A stretch of 61,956 nt of DNA, filler included, from Sphacelaria rigidula (GCA_964200075.2; 10 parts of 10 records of this genome joined end to end with filler, not necessarily neighbours in it), one strand, 5' to 3'; shown: positions 1 through 13,602, numbered from the whole stretch's first letter. Notes: generated by a model not told the origin, from the sequence alone. Program-made: numbers and translations.

Positions 1-1666
1 ACCATCTTCGGGGTTCGCCCCTTTCAAAAGGGCCTCCGTTACTCTGTCGACGTCGACTCCCTTCTTCAGGAGGTCCTCCTTGACCTTGACGACATGCATC
101 CGAGGAGGCACACGACGGAGGGCCGAAGGGTGAGATTGTGTGTGTCTCTGAAAACAGATCTTCAACGCGTCACACCTCTTGATGGCGACTCGGGTGGACC
201 TCGATATCGATGACCCTGTTCCCCATCCGCTTCAAACAAAGTCCAGTTCCAACACTATGTCATAGTCGATTTGATGTCCCTGTAGATATCAACGTGTTTT
301 GCCAGTTTCACATGCGGCTAGTTGACTATCCTCCAAATCCCTCGATACGAAATTCACCGTTCCAAAGGGGACAGAAGCTCGGTGAAACCGTTTCATCCCT
401 GTGGAGGGTGGGTAGTATCCTCCTGCTCAGGAGTTGAACACCGGTAGGGAAACAGCCCACAGCTGGTCGCTCTAGGGGGAGGGAGACGGACCCAGCACAA
501 CATGAAATCCTCCCAGATGTCACTCGTCCTCTAGTAGCGGTGTTTTATCCCTCTGAAGAGGTGTGAACTTTCGTGCGGAGGGATTTTCGGGGGTAGTCAA
601 ATGGCGGCGTGCATTTACCGAGGAAGCCGCTTGCGTGGGGGCCTGGTTAAGTCACTGTGGTTGCGGAGGCGGTATGTCGTTATTCTGAGGTGCAGTGCAT
701 TCTTGCAGGTTCTCAACTGCCAATAGGCCTGCGCTCCTTCTGCGATCGCAGAACAAGCAGAAAAAGCAGAATACCGTTTCTTTGCGCAGAAAAGCGGCCG
801 TGAAAAAGAGGAGCAAGAGGGCAACAATAAGTCGCAGTTTTTTTTTAAGTTGAGCAGATGCCATCGCAGAAAAAGTTCAATACTGTCTTCTTTTGCGCCG
901 AAAAACGGCCGTGAGAAAACATTGCGTGAAAACCGGATTATCTCGCTGATTTGTGGAAATACAGCAGAAGTTTCACGTCAACAGTTAAGCCAGGCTGGTA
1001 CCTTGGGGAGCCCGGACCAAAAGTCAAGTCAAAACAGGGCTCCCCACGTGGTCCCCCACCGTTTTACTAGCCTAGCTTCACTTTTCCTCCTTTTTGGTAT
1101 TGTCTCAACCGTTGGCGGGTCATTTTCGGTGCCAAAACAGGGGCAGGAAAAGGGAGAGGGGGGTGCAGAAAACAGGGAATAGCGCAGGAAAAGCGCAGAA
1201 GAGCAAAAAAACAAAACAGGAAAAAAAAATCATAAAAAATGCAGAAAACACTACAAAAAAAAAGCACGAGTCATGGCCAAAGTGCCGACTCCCTTGCCCT
1301 TTCCGAATTGTGAATATCACGTTCTCGTCGGGGTCAGCAAAACTGTTTACCCGTGGTACCTTCACTTTTTTCAACAAAAACGAGGCTGGCATTATTATCT
1401 TCCAGATTCGTGACATCTTTCGCGCTCTGTTGTGACGGTGGGGTCTATGTCATCGGTATTCTCCTGTCAAGGGGTGTCATACCCCGTACGTGTTACACCC
1501 TGTACTCGTTATGCCCTGTGCGTGATTACTCCATCTTGGGAACGATCGCCGCGTGCTTCTCATCCTACCTTCTCTCTGTCGATGCAGTCCTCTTTAGGAC
1601 ACAGGCGTATTGACTCGTCTGCACTGTTCCCTACATTTTACGTCCCTGGTAGTACCGGGTGATGCC

Positions 1667-2205
1667 TCAACCGAAACATGCAGAATTCAGTGACGGTTGT
1701 GATTCGTCTCGTGATGTGAAGTTCATGTGCATCTCACAACCATGACGGAGATGATACGGAGATACATTATCTTGGGTGGTACGCATCCATACGATGTATA
1801 CCTGGTATGAGTCTGCTAGGATTTCGCCGCTGATGGGGTTTTCCTGTTTCCAGGCCCACCTCTTCGCCTCCACCAGCTTGGCGCAATCCACGGGTAAAGC
1901 ATGCCGTGATCCCAACTCTGGGGGATGGGCGACAAAAGACAGCACATCCTTGCACTTCGCCATTGACTTTACAGCGGGATCTACGATGAAGCGTTCTATC
2001 TTGTCCACAGCTTCGCCGCCGGGGATATTTTTCGTGTCCCGATACGTTCCGTGTCAACTTGCGTCGTGGGCAACGAGTGTCCCGGCGTCCACACCGTCTG
2101 GTTGTCATGATCAACCATCCAGATGTCTGCCATACCAGAATACAATCTCGTTAGTACCCGCGGTCTGGGGATATGGATACTCGGCGATCTTGTGGGCAGC
2201 TGCAC
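1667..2205 (-). pseudogene. Degenerate orphan coding region
   Basis: The 113-aa ORF 1667-2008 continues upstream in the same frame (AEYPYPQTAGTNEIVFWYGRHLDG...) through several stops. No family recognised. Confidence 0.3.
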
Positions 2206-2633
2206 CGTGCAGCTAGGGCTCCGTCAACACAGCTACGCAGCTGTTCGCTGCGTATAATGGGTCGAACGACAGGGAAGGACTATCCAAGTGTACACAATAG
2301 ATTACTGCGTCCTTATGAGGCAGGTGGGACTTCGATTCATTCAAGTCATACACCGCTTGGGGTGCGGTGCTGTGACATCTACACTGCATGGGGTGCGGTG
2401 CTCACTCTACCATAAGCACGTATCTCATCCGCTACGGGTCCGTTTGCTCCGTGCGATGGCTTGAACGATAGCTAGAGACTGTGTGAATGTTTTCCATGTG
2501 TTGCTGTGTCCATGCGGGGCTTGTGGGACGGATGCTGAACGCTGACGGATGTAACAGATTACGTCAATGTTGGCGGATGTAACACAGTACGTCAACGCTG
2601 ACGTAAATATCAAGACTCTATGGAAAATTTTGC

Positions 2634-3701
2634 TCAGGCGGTTTCGCTTTCATCTATTTTGGAGAGGGAAGGCGGACAAAGGCAGAACGACGTCAAGCTT
2701 GAATTTTCATTTCTTCTCTGTAAAGTAGATCCGTATTTTGCCTCAAACCCGACAGTTGCTTTTATGGCCTGTTTATTGATGGGTGTTAGGCCTTTACGAT
2801 CATCCTTCGAGAGTCTTTTTATGAGGAACCTGAAGCACCTCACCGTTGTGTCCTGCAGCCGTTGGAGAGTCTGTCCTTCATTCCGGTTGAAGTCAGCCGC
2901 GTGGGCCTCGCGGACGAGGTTATGAAGGTGTCTGATCACACCCTCCCCCTTCTTGAGGGATTCAATTCCGTCGTTGGTGCTTTTCCCAGACGAAGTTGTG
3001 AGGAGGCAGTGCTGCCGTGTTGCCAGCGATTTAGCGAGGAGCACAAGCAAGTCTTCCCTTGTGAGCTCCGACGCAAGAGTCTTGACTTTTGTGACTATCC
3101 CGAACGACAGAATAATCTGTACGAGCTCGTCATCTTTCTGAGCCCTCTCTGACAGTCCGAACATTTTTTCGAGGCACTGGAGACTGGTCCTTCCATTCAG
3201 GTCGATTTTGCATTTAGCGGTGCGGGGCTTCTTATCGCCTTCATTATGGGGAGCGCCGTCGTCGAGGGAAGCACCTTCACTCTGGGAACCTCCTTCATTC
3301 TTGAAAGTGCCTTCGTCCTGAGAAACGCCTTCAATTTTTGGAGTGCCTTCATTTCCAGAAGCGCGTTTATGCTAAGGAATATTGTATTCGTCTTCGGCCA
3401 GAAGGCGCTGAAGCACAATCTTGATGATGTGAGCGCCCGGCTTCAGAGCGGAGGCGTAGGCGAGAGTCTTGTATGCTTGACCCTTGTACGGATCTGCATG
3501 CCCGGGGTCGAGGAGTTTCGCGACGCGTATCGCAACTTGTTTATGCAATCTCACCACGGTCTTATGTCCCTCTGAGGTTATCGTAGAGCCCGTCGTCGGA
3601 TACAGATGTGTCTTCCATTCTTTTCCCAGTACTTCGTCGACGTGCGAGGAGATTATGTTGTGATTCGTACGGATGTACAAGTCTCGAACAAACTCCGCCA
3701 A
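2634..3701 (-). pseudogene. Orphan ~355-codon reading frame with one internal TAG and a hexapeptide EGxxxx repeat
   Basis: ORFs 3372-3701 and 2634-3164 are in the same frame (starts 537 nt apart) and separated only by the TAG at 3372-3374. The linker reads EGTPKI EGVSQD EGTFKN EGGSQS EGASLD DGAPHN EGDKKP. Confidence 0.45.
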
Positions 3702-3974
3702 TGCTTGGACCGTTGCATAAAGGTCAGGCTTCTGTACAATCCGCGAGCAGTTCGGAAGACGGCCACACAGCGTGTCGATTTTCGATACCTATCTCATTCG
3801 ATACAAAAAACCACGTCCGGGCGCGTGAACACCAGAATCTGGGTACAGGGTATATATTAGGCACTTGCGTGACGGGGAAAAATCACCGTCAAGGGAGCAC
3901 AAGTGATCTCTCCCCCGTTTATGGGTTGCTCCCGCACCTGGTAATATCAGCCTCAACCGCAGTGCGAATCACAG

Positions 3975-4430
3975 CGACTGCTTGGAAAGAGCGGGAATCT
4001 CACGTGGACAACCCTCCAAGCAAGGGCGACCTGACATCGGGAAAACGGGCGCGAACGCTGGCCACAGAACTGGTCGTGTTGGTGGTCGACCGTTTCGTGG
4101 CGGAAGTTAGTGCTGGGGATGACGCTCGGAAAGAGCAATCCCTGACTACCTTCAAAGAGATCTTTGCGGACATAGACCGTAAAGGCATCCTCTTCACGGC
4201 CTTGAAGAAAAATCCTAACACCCTGTCGGCAGACGATCAGCCGTTCTTCAATTCTGACCGAGAGAAAATAGTGAAGGAAGCTATTGCGAAAGCGGTTTCA
4301 GAGGAGAAGGCGCCTGCAGAGAAGGAGGCTGCAGAGGAGAAGGCAAAAAACGGCCAACAGACAACAGGAAAGGAAAAACCACCTTTGGCATACACGACCG
4401 CAGAAGGACCATTGGAGGACGTCCAACCAG
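3975..4430 (+). CDS. Putative exon of an orphan spliced gene (5' boundary uncertain)
   Basis: Charged, helical protein-like part of ORF 3608-4642, ending at donor CCAG|GTGTGA (phase 1), which matches the phase of the downstream exon. Confidence 0.4.
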
Positions 4431-4841
4431 GTGTGAATACACGGCCAGGTATATGCGCCCTCGTCCCATTATTCGTGACACAGGATCTAACACGAGTTAT
4501 GATAAATCGGACTGGAGCACTTGGGGGGAGAGGCAGTTGTCGTAGTGTTATCGACAGCAGGAAACACAAGCAGGAAACGTGGGAGAATTTGACATATTGT
4601 GAATCATGGTTCAAAAAAGAGATATCTCAACACATTCGGTAGGGTGGGAACATCATTACCCATATTATCGCATATCCCCTCATACATGTAGGAGACCCCT
4701 AGTGGCGAGGAACACCGGCCCCGCATGTCGGACGCTTGCCGCAAAATTCACACTTGCTGACACCCGATTCCTCCTGGTCATGCCACCATACACCCACCCC
4801 TACCTGTGTCCGACCTAGCCCTCCCACTACCATCTATCTAG

Positions 4842-5089
4842 GTCGTGCCGCCGAGAACCATAACGTGATCGTGAAACACAAGACACGAGATGGAAACAAA
4901 AAAGCGTCCACGTCTCTCGTGGAGGCCCACTGTCCAGCGAAGATGTTGAAGGCCCTCGGTCTCGTTGACGAGAACGGAAACCAAGTGGTCGGCAAGTCGG
5001 TGTTCGTGACAATCATGAATCTTAGCTCTGACGACGACGACGACGACGGTGGCGGCGGAAGCTCGGAAAGCGACGTCAGCGAACAGTAG
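4842..5089 (+). CDS. Putative last exon of the same orphan gene (acidic C-terminal tail)
   Basis: Acceptor TCTAG|GT after a C/T-rich tract, phase 1. Gives GRAAENHNVIVKHK...SSDDDDDDGGGGSSESDVSEQ*. Confidence 0.4.
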
Positions 5090-6106
5090 CAACGCCAAAT
5101 CCAACCAAACGACACCCACGCGGACGATGATGTCAACGACGGAGTGGCTTCTCCCACTGAATACTCCAATAACAGGTATACCGCCACGTGTGGCAGCGGT
5201 GATGCACTTTCTTGTCATATCCATTAACGGTGTGGGTATTCGGTACATGGGCGCGTAACAAGACAACGAGCGGATCCCCACACCTCCTTCGTGTATGAGA
5301 GTAAGGATGACAAACGATGAGACGAAACTATAATGCGAACTCGAAGTGAGCGAAGTACGTACCTTCGAAAAGGCACACGAGGTTTCTTTTATTCTCATAC
5401 ACTACGATGTGTCGGGTATGTATCGTGAGAACGGGAAGGTCGACTTGGTCTCGCCCTAACACTGCGGCAATATTTTGGCTTCAAATGATGGATGTTTTAC
5501 TTCCCTTGGGCACAGAGACTCAGAGGACGGGAGAAAGCGCAAGTGAGCACACGCTGAGGCAGGAAATAGCGAAATATCGCTGGGTACTTCCAAGCGCCCT
5601 GCAAACACGCACAACGCCGGTGGAAGGTGAATACGCATCACTGAATTGGCGCTAACCGGTTCGTCCTGTACCAGGCAGGAGCACACCCGACACACACAAC
5701 TATCATTATACACACCTGGCACCGAGTGAACACCCTTCCAAGGCACCAAACGGGCATACCTCTCACTCCCTTCAACTATTCGTGCAACAATGCTGAATGA
5801 TGCTGAATATTCCTCGATGTTGCTTACCACATGCGTATCCTATTATTAAGGACCAACATTTACGAACAACACTACGAGGCAGGCGACGTCGACTTCGAAG
5901 AGACGCCACAAGGACTAACAGCCCCCACCGGGATGGAGGCATCTCCACCCCCCCATTCGTTCGAAGACGAAGAGTCGCGAGAATCAATGTACGTCCTCGG
6001 TTTCGATATGCTTGAAGTTTTCCTGGAAAAATGCGTGCTGTGACGCTAGCAGGTTTGCTAGTACTGCAGCGTCTAAACGCTGTTGAGGGACTCCCCAGCT
6101 CTTCTG

Positions 6107-6206
6107 NNNNNNNNNNNNNNNNNNNNNNNNNNNNNNNNNNNNNNNNNNNNTTAATTAATTAANNNNNNNNNNNNNNNNNNNNNNNNNNNNNNNNNNNNNN
6201 NNNNNN
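6107..6206. other. Artificial contig linker
   Basis: N44-TTAATTAATTAA-N44; stop codons in all six frames. Confidence 0.99.
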
Positions 6207-9200
6207 CCCGAGGAAGGGGAGGGGTTCAAAGTGTGAGGGAAAAAAAATGTGAAATTGATGGGGACTCAAACAGACGACCTACTCTCGCTGTTCGAGGGTT
6301 AAACAACATATTCTTGGTTATGCTGCTACTGTATTGGTGGTTTATGCAAATCCGGCTGCTAGCAGGACGAGTACACGTATGTTCGCGTGTTGATGGCCCA
6401 ACCCGCACGCATAGTACTCGACGTGGCGGTGCCCTCCGATTTTTTCAACTGTCCTGAGCTATGCCCCCGTCATCATCCGTAACGGAGCATGCCTCACATT
6501 CGCTCGTTTGCCTCTAGATACGCGCCGATGTTCGCTAGGCAGGTTGTGAAGGATGACGTCAGCAACGTTGGGAATGCCATACGACTATTCACCCGCTGGA
6601 TTTCATCATAGCAGGATGGATTTCTGGACGGCAATCAAGGCCATAGTTTCAACTTTTATACGTGAACGATCGCTGTCCTTATGGTAGCAGCGCCGCCGGA
6701 TGATATTGTCATGAGCGTGCTTTCTTTCGGGTGCTTCGTTTCTAAAGGTAAAAGATATCGACGGCTATCGAGCGACGCCAAAGCATTGTTGGTCATGATG
6801 CCGGCGGGTGATTGAGTCCCGCTGTTTGATCGAAGGATGGGCACTGTTCGAGGAAGCTTCGAGGGACGGTGTGGGGAATGCTCCGGAGTTTCGACAGTGA
6901 AGAAACAACTTAGACTTTTGATTACCGGGGTATGGTTCTCTTCGCGAAAGTTGAGGAGCTGTGTTCGCAATGTCACTGATCCCCCGAGGGTCATATGATT
7001 CGTCAAGGAGGTATGCGGCGGATTGCCTGCGGTACAGCTGCCGCCGTGGTGAGTGGGATTTCATGCAATGATAAAAAAAAAGCGGCGTGAATTTCCCGTG
7101 CCAGGTAATGTAGTAATCGAAACCCGCCGCTGAAGAAAGTGAGCGCAGGCTCGTGGGCCATATCACGCCGCTTCATGTTAGTGGCTGGCAGGGAACGATG
7201 GTTCCTGCACGAGAGTACAGCTCTCTAACGCGTTCACACGGCAATACGGCAGAGGGAAAGTTATTATCGGGTCGCTGTCGCTTTCAGGCAAGATTCACAT
7301 AAGGCACCTTTCCCGCGGATATAAAATCTCGAGCCCTCGTGCCTGCATATGCCGCATTGTTTTGGCATTCGTTTAGCGAACCTTCGCCGGCGCGGAGCAC
7401 GTAGAAATGTGGAAATTAACCCTTTTGGAACCCTCCCCTCCCGTCCCCGCGCCAGACACCTCATTATGAGAAGGCCTGACAAAGAAAAAAAATGGACACA
7501 GAAAAGACCGACGGCAACCATTTTTACTGTGGAAGATCAAACAAGACTCCAGACGCACACGTCATGGATATACCGAAAATGAAAGCCCAGAGGGGTCGGG
7601 TTGGGTTTGTCCGATGATTTCACGCGACGGGCGAAGTGTGTCCAAATGTGTGCATCGACGAAACTCTCGCAAACCAGTACAAACTCCTTTACATGCGATT
7701 TTTGTCAGTAGAATCTGTGAAATACGTCAATTCGAGTTCGGTGCTCGAACCCGTCACATTAGTATACTTGAAGTTAGAGTGGCGCACTAGTATACTTGAA
7801 ATTAGAATGGTGCACCGTTTTGGTGGGCTCATCATCAACACTTCGCGAGCGTAGGAAGCCACACTACACGGCCGGCGACAATGATATGGCGGAGCACGTG
7901 GAAATCCTGTCGCCACATGTGGAAGAGCTGAAGAGCGACCCATATGCAATTCACGTTCAGCTGGAAGAGGTGGCTAAAAAGCACGGTCAGGACGCTGCCG
8001 GGCGTTTCGCTGAAAAAGCTGTAACAGCGGTTGGGGCAGCCCATTTCCCCCCGGCTCACACCGCCCCCCCCGCTCGCTTACCGAGCGTCAGCACAGTAAC
8101 CGCAGCAAGGGGAAACGCAGCGAGGCACACAGGGTTATGTGGGAGACACCAGGCGGACGTGATTGGGAGCTTCCAGACAGGCGATATACGAGCAAAACGG
8201 TCGACAGACGACCGGGACAGCCTTTCGCGACCAGCCTGACCCAACTACAACTACAGTCAGTAACTACACTTCACTACAGTCCAGTATAACTGAATAACGA
8301 CGTAACGGTCTTCCATGCCAGAAGACAGAAGGGATGCAATATCATTGCACAAAACCCCAACGCCACCCACGAGACAGACGGTCCAAAGGCGGTAGCGCCA
8401 GCCGGAGTAATACACCTCACGCAGCACAAAGTACGGTTGTGCAACGTTCAGACATGACCAACCCCCAGTATACAGGTGAAGTCGTGGGAACGTACAGCAC
8501 AGAGCGCAGGATTATATATGCCGTAAGATCACAGCCTACAAAGTGACAGCCTGTATCGGATATGCCAAAGTAACGGCCCCCGCCTACGCTGCACCAGCAG
8601 TATGGATAACGGCGGGGTATATGACATCCTCGTCGCCGTTATGGAATGAGCAAACTGCAGTTTGGTGCCGTATAAACGCGTACTACAGGGTACAGTTGCT
8701 TGCACGGCATGAGTTTACCCTTGACAAGTACAGAGGAGTAGGTTAACACATCCCCACAGGGCCTGACGGTAACTGTTTGCGAATACAGACAGTAGACGGG
8801 GGCATAAGTGAGGTAAATGTGCCGTCGGTTTCGCCTTTGTTATTTCAACTTAGGCGCAAGCTTGTTATGATGCGGTGCAAAGCATCTACTGCAGGTGCGG
8901 CGTGAAGATTGCTTCACGGAGAGTAAGCCGTGCACTCTGACCGGGGTTACAAAACACCGACGGGTCGAACAATTCGTCATACCCGTAAAAATAGAGAACC
9001 TTCGAACCTTCTTTTCTTCCACGTTCCATTCGCACGGGTCTGAAGAACACACTTTGGGCAAATCGTTTGCTCAGAAGCTGTAGAAAAACAACCATTTCTT
9101 GCCCAAAAAAACGTCAAATGTAAATCGTCAATTTTCCATCAACGGTTCCAAAAGGGTTAAACTTCGGACTTTTACAACAGTAAGGCCCATTGCTATCGGC

Positions 9201-9249
9201 ATTGTTCTTTCGGAGATCTCGGAAATGTTCAGACTTTTCGGACTCTACG

Positions 9250-9786
9250 TTCAGGCTTCCCCGAACGCGAAGCGGCTTGATTCGTGGGCCATATACAAGA
9301 GGCACACCATGGTGCTTTTGGAAGGAGAAGGGTGACGCATTCTTCGCTCTGGGGCGCGGCGCCGTACGCGGGCCGAGCACCTCGAAAACACGTTCTAGCG
9401 CCTCAGCCTCACGCACAAGGTATCTGGGCAGCACGCCGCGGGAAAATGAAAGCCTGTGAGAGTACCCTTTTTTGTAAACTAACCAGGAGGGTACACCCCG
9501 CGCTTTGTTAAACATTTTTCCGTTACCCTTTTTTGTGAACGTGTTGACCCGGTAATGATCAAACGCACACCCCTTTTCACCCTTTTTTGTGAAGTGGTGA
9601 CCGTATCGCCGGCCCCGCAGAAGATACGCTGAACAGTCACAACCATACCCATTTCTTGGTGGAGTTACACCCCACCAAAAAGGCCGAAACCCAACGACCT
9701 GCAAATCGTAGCCCCCTGCTGGTTGGCCCGCAGCCCCTGAAGATCCGACGATGCAGACAGGGCGCGAACGCTTGTATGCCGGAGCT
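9250..9786 (+). repeat. Left arm of a long inverted repeat
   Basis: Reverse complement of 10690-11507 once the insertions there are removed. Similarity fades outward, so the outer edge is approximate. Confidence 0.9.
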
Positions 9787-10689
9787 AAGACATACGACAC
9801 ACGTACTGAAACTGCACACACCTGACTGCCGGGTGAGAACCGGTCGGGGCTTCTCCAGGAATGTCTTCCATGTATATGCCCAATATATCCACACGTCCTT
9901 GAAACAAGGCGTTGCGGAGTGAGGAAACGGCTGTTTTGAAACCCAGATGTGGTATCGTCCATCTGACCTCATCTGGGGAGCGTGTGCGTGATGAGGGTTG
10001 AACTTCTACTACTGTACATGCACTCGACTTGCTCCTGGATAACTGCATTTAGCATGCATGCATGCATACAGCGTGAACCGGGTTGGAAACACACATGCAC
10101 GGCGATTTAGTCGAGTTTACACGACGGGAAACAGCGTGCGATCACAACCCCCCACCCGATTTCATTCTGTACCCACGTCTTTGAACCCATGCACAGTGAA
10201 CAAATCACTTAGGGATGTTGTACGAAGCGGATGACGTATCCCAGCGGCCATCCGTGCATCTCCTTTTTTGTCGGGGGTGGGCCGAGGTGAACAATTTGCT
10301 GTTTGGTGGAGGGCATTCGCATCGTTGCGCTGCGGTGTGGCGTGTTGAGCTCTGCTTCTCTCGAGAATATGAAACATTAATCTACGTGTTGCTCGATGGG
10401 CTGTGTTTCCCTGAGTTCTGGACGCCAATCCAGGGGTGATTTTGGTATAGTATTGACTGGTACGATGTCCTTGGGTGCGGGGATCGGAGGACATCCGATT
10501 GTACAGTCTAAGTGGTCGGATTGGGACGTTCTATTCCTTCAATCCGGAACCCGGTCGATGTTTTTTTTTCTCGATCCGCGAATCGCCGACCCCGCAAGGG
10601 CCTGGTGTTCAAAGTGGTGACGCCACATGACGCCGTTCGGGTGTGCGTGTGCCGGCAAGACTTTCACACATGTTCGTTGGATCTTTGTG

Positions 10690-11507
10690 AGCTCCGGCAT
10701 ACAAGCGTTCGCGCCCTGTCTGCATCGTCAGATCTTCCGGGGCTGCGGGCCAACCAGCAGGGGGCTACGATTTGTAGGTCGTTGTAGTAGGTCGTTGGGT
10801 TTCGGCCTTTTTGATGGGGCGTAACTTCACCAAGAAATGGGTATGGTTGTGATTGTTCGGCGAATCTTCTGCGGGGCCGGCGATACGGTCACCACTTCAC
10901 AAAAAAGGATGAAAAAGGGTATGCGCTGGATCATTACCGGGTCAACACGTTGACAACAAAGGGTAACGGGAAAATGTTCCGAGGGCAGGTCGAGTAGAGT
11001 CTACTCAATCGCAGGGTATTTTGAAAGAGGTACTTGAGGTACTCAAATTAGGGTAGAGTGTTAAGTGCCGTACCCGAAAAATAACCCGAGAGCGATCTCA
11101 AAAATCCTACCCCCAATTTGTGTACTTCAACTACGACTTGTAAAATACCCCGCAATTGAGTATACTCTACTCGACCTGCGCTTGAAATGTTCAACAGAGC
11201 GCATGGTGTACCCTCCTGGTTAGTTTACAAAAAAGGGTACTCCCACGGGCTTTCATTTCACCACGCCGTAGTTTAGCCTAGTATCACCTGTGAGAATAAA
11301 AAAAATGGTCGGGAGTGCTGCCCAGGCACCCGTGCGTGGGGCTGAGGCGCTGGAACGTGTTTTCGAGGTGCTCAGCCCGCGTGCAGCGCCGCGCCCCAGA
11401 GCGGAAAGTTCGTCGCCCTTTTTTGTTCCAAACACACCATGGTGTACCCTTTATTGTACAGTGCCCTCGATTCTTTCTCAGAAGCATTAATGTTGGAGGA
11501 GCCTGAA
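10690..11507 (-). repeat. Right arm of the long inverted repeat, carrying a MITE and a ~55-bp insertion
   Basis: AGCTCCGGCATACAAGCGTTCGCGCCCTGTCTGCATCGTC at 10690 is the reverse complement of the sequence ending at 9786. Confidence 0.9.
10980..11184. mobile_element. hAT-type MITE (205 bp) with 8-bp TSD
   Basis: ~40-bp imperfect TIRs (CGAGGGCAGGTCGAGTAGAGTCTACTCAAT... / ...ATTGAGTATACTCTACTCGACCTGCGCTTG). TSD AAATGTTC at 10972-10979 and 11185-11192. The left arm holds the single-copy empty site. Confidence 0.9.
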
Positions 11508-12312
11508 AATTCGGATTGGAACGTACTTTCCAAGGGTTACCCTATCTGTACGTCGTGGCGACCGCAAGCATTCGAGAGTTATTGGGCGCCTGGCGAGTCC
11601 CGGAAATCTGAGGGATATGAGAACCAACACTGTCGATGAGAATGGTCCTTACGAGAATACTTCTTTCGCAAAGTTCCTACTATATCGGACATCTCCAAAC
11701 GCTGGTGAGCGCCACGGGCTAGACACAGGGTAGCTGTCCTAATTCGGCGAACTTTTCCAAATATAAACCCGTGGTGAATCTTCCACGAGCTTCAGTTTCG
11801 GAGAAGTTCGGGGAAATCCGAATCCAGATTCCCTAATGTCCCCAAATATACGAGCTGGGCCAGCCTAAAAACGGATTTAAGCTCTAAAAGCAATATCTCA
11901 TCGACGCAGACGANNNNNNNNNNCCCCATGTCTAGTAATTCTTATACGTAAGGGAGATAGCGGCAATACCTGGCCAATACTAGAATATCTATGAAACTCC
12001 CGATCGATGAATTTAGCGGGTCGCGACGAATTTTGGTGTGGAGAACCACAACAGAGTGCCGAATAAAGAACATAATTGGGCCTTCATTTTTTTTCTAATA
12101 GAGGTTAGGGCGTTTTCGTTAAAAAAATGGTCTTCACCATAGTAGCACGCCCTAAACCAGTGAAAAAAAATGAAAAAAACTCAACCTGACCTACTCTCTT
12201 TTGTTGAATATGCCTTAGAGAGCGCCCATACCAAATTTCAATACACGAAAACCAAACGTGGGCCGGTGAGTGGCCTGCGAAACACCGTTCCGAATTTCTA
12301 CCGACCCGGTTT

Positions 12313-12412
12313 NNNNNNNNNNNNNNNNNNNNNNNNNNNNNNNNNNNNNNNNNNNNTTAATTAATTAANNNNNNNNNNNNNNNNNNNNNNNNNNNNNNNN
12401 NNNNNNNNNNNN
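12313..12412. other. Artificial contig linker
   Basis: N44-TTAATTAATTAA-N44. Confidence 0.99.
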
Positions 12413-12498
12413 GAACTATGTTTTCAGCATGCTTTGTTACGTGTTCCGTAGCGCTTAGACGCAGGTCCTTCTCGAAAGATGCCGCACAATCGATGACG

Positions 12499-12798
12499 AA
12501 CAACGTTTTCGTGAGATTGAGAGTAGACCGCTGATTGAGAGTAGGTTCGGTAATTCGCTTTAACCTAGCCATTTTTTCATTCCGTGTGTCCTTTCCGTTT
12601 CCTTTATCACTAGCGTGTGCTCACAGCTACACGCCGATATCCTACTCAGGGATATCAAGGGCCTCAGTGGCAAGCGACTACAGAAAGCATATCGGGCCTC
12701 GTGAAGAGGCATTTCGGAACTGAAACGACTCATTCATTAATTGACCGCTTTTCACCCTCCGTCGTACCCTCTACTCTCAATCTCACGAAAGCGTTGTT
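12499..12798. repeat. 29-bp inverted repeat pair
   Basis: 12499-12527 vs 12770-12798, 28/29 complementary. Confidence 0.85.
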
Positions 12799-13602
12799 GA
12801 CGGCGGTTTTTCTGTTCGACTGCTCATCATCATGCTTGCGCTGCCGTGCAGAAACTTCTGGGTTAGGTTTACATGGTCGAAACCGGTTGCGAATCTCGAG
12901 CCTTTTGGACAAAATAAATGAAATTTCGTTTGTCCGTTGAAACCCACCCAGATGTTGAACCCCAAAAAAGAATCCAGGCTGTTGTAGGTCATCTACTCAT
13001 GCAGTCGTTTTTTAAATCAAAATTGATGCTGATTCCACAGACTATCCATGGTCGCGGTCAAACCATTACCATGTTACCCAAATCTGTTCAGAATCTAATG
13101 CGAAAAATAGAGGCCGTTTGTTCTCCCTGAGAGCTAGTGCGCGAGGGTAGGTCATCTGGTCATGCAGGGGTTTTACACGAGACTGTTGTATCTTTCGACT
13201 TTTGTGTCCACACGGTGTGATAACGGACGTCTGCACCCAACTTTGGATTGTTCATGTACTTTACCTTCGTTGCTCGAGCGACCTTGATATTGTTGTAGCT
13301 TTAGCTTCGTTGCTTGTGGCTAATTTGTTCTTGTTATCCTCTTGTGTACTTCGCACAGCTGCAAGGCAACGCGATACACCACCGTGGTAAGTAGCAATAC
13401 ACAGCATAACGTACTGCGACTTTTTCTCCTTTGAAAAATTCTCGAACGAACAAGTTTATTGTTCCAAGACGGTTTCGTTGAAATACTACTAGTTGAAACA
13501 TTTCGACCTCCGTTACGTGCTCATTTGACCAAACAGCACTTGAAATCGGTGCCCCTTGCCTATGCACTACATTTTTCGGCACCGCCCTCAGCGTTGTCCT
13601 TG

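Noticed and set aside
6151..6162. TTAATTAATTAA as a regularly spaced repeat or CRISPR-like array
   Set aside because: It is a synthetic six-frame stop linker embedded in N runs.
6400..7400. Zinc-finger gene on - (MPKQCGIC...LCESC) with downstream exons
   Set aside because: No intact donor site or continuous frame, and no recognisable family.
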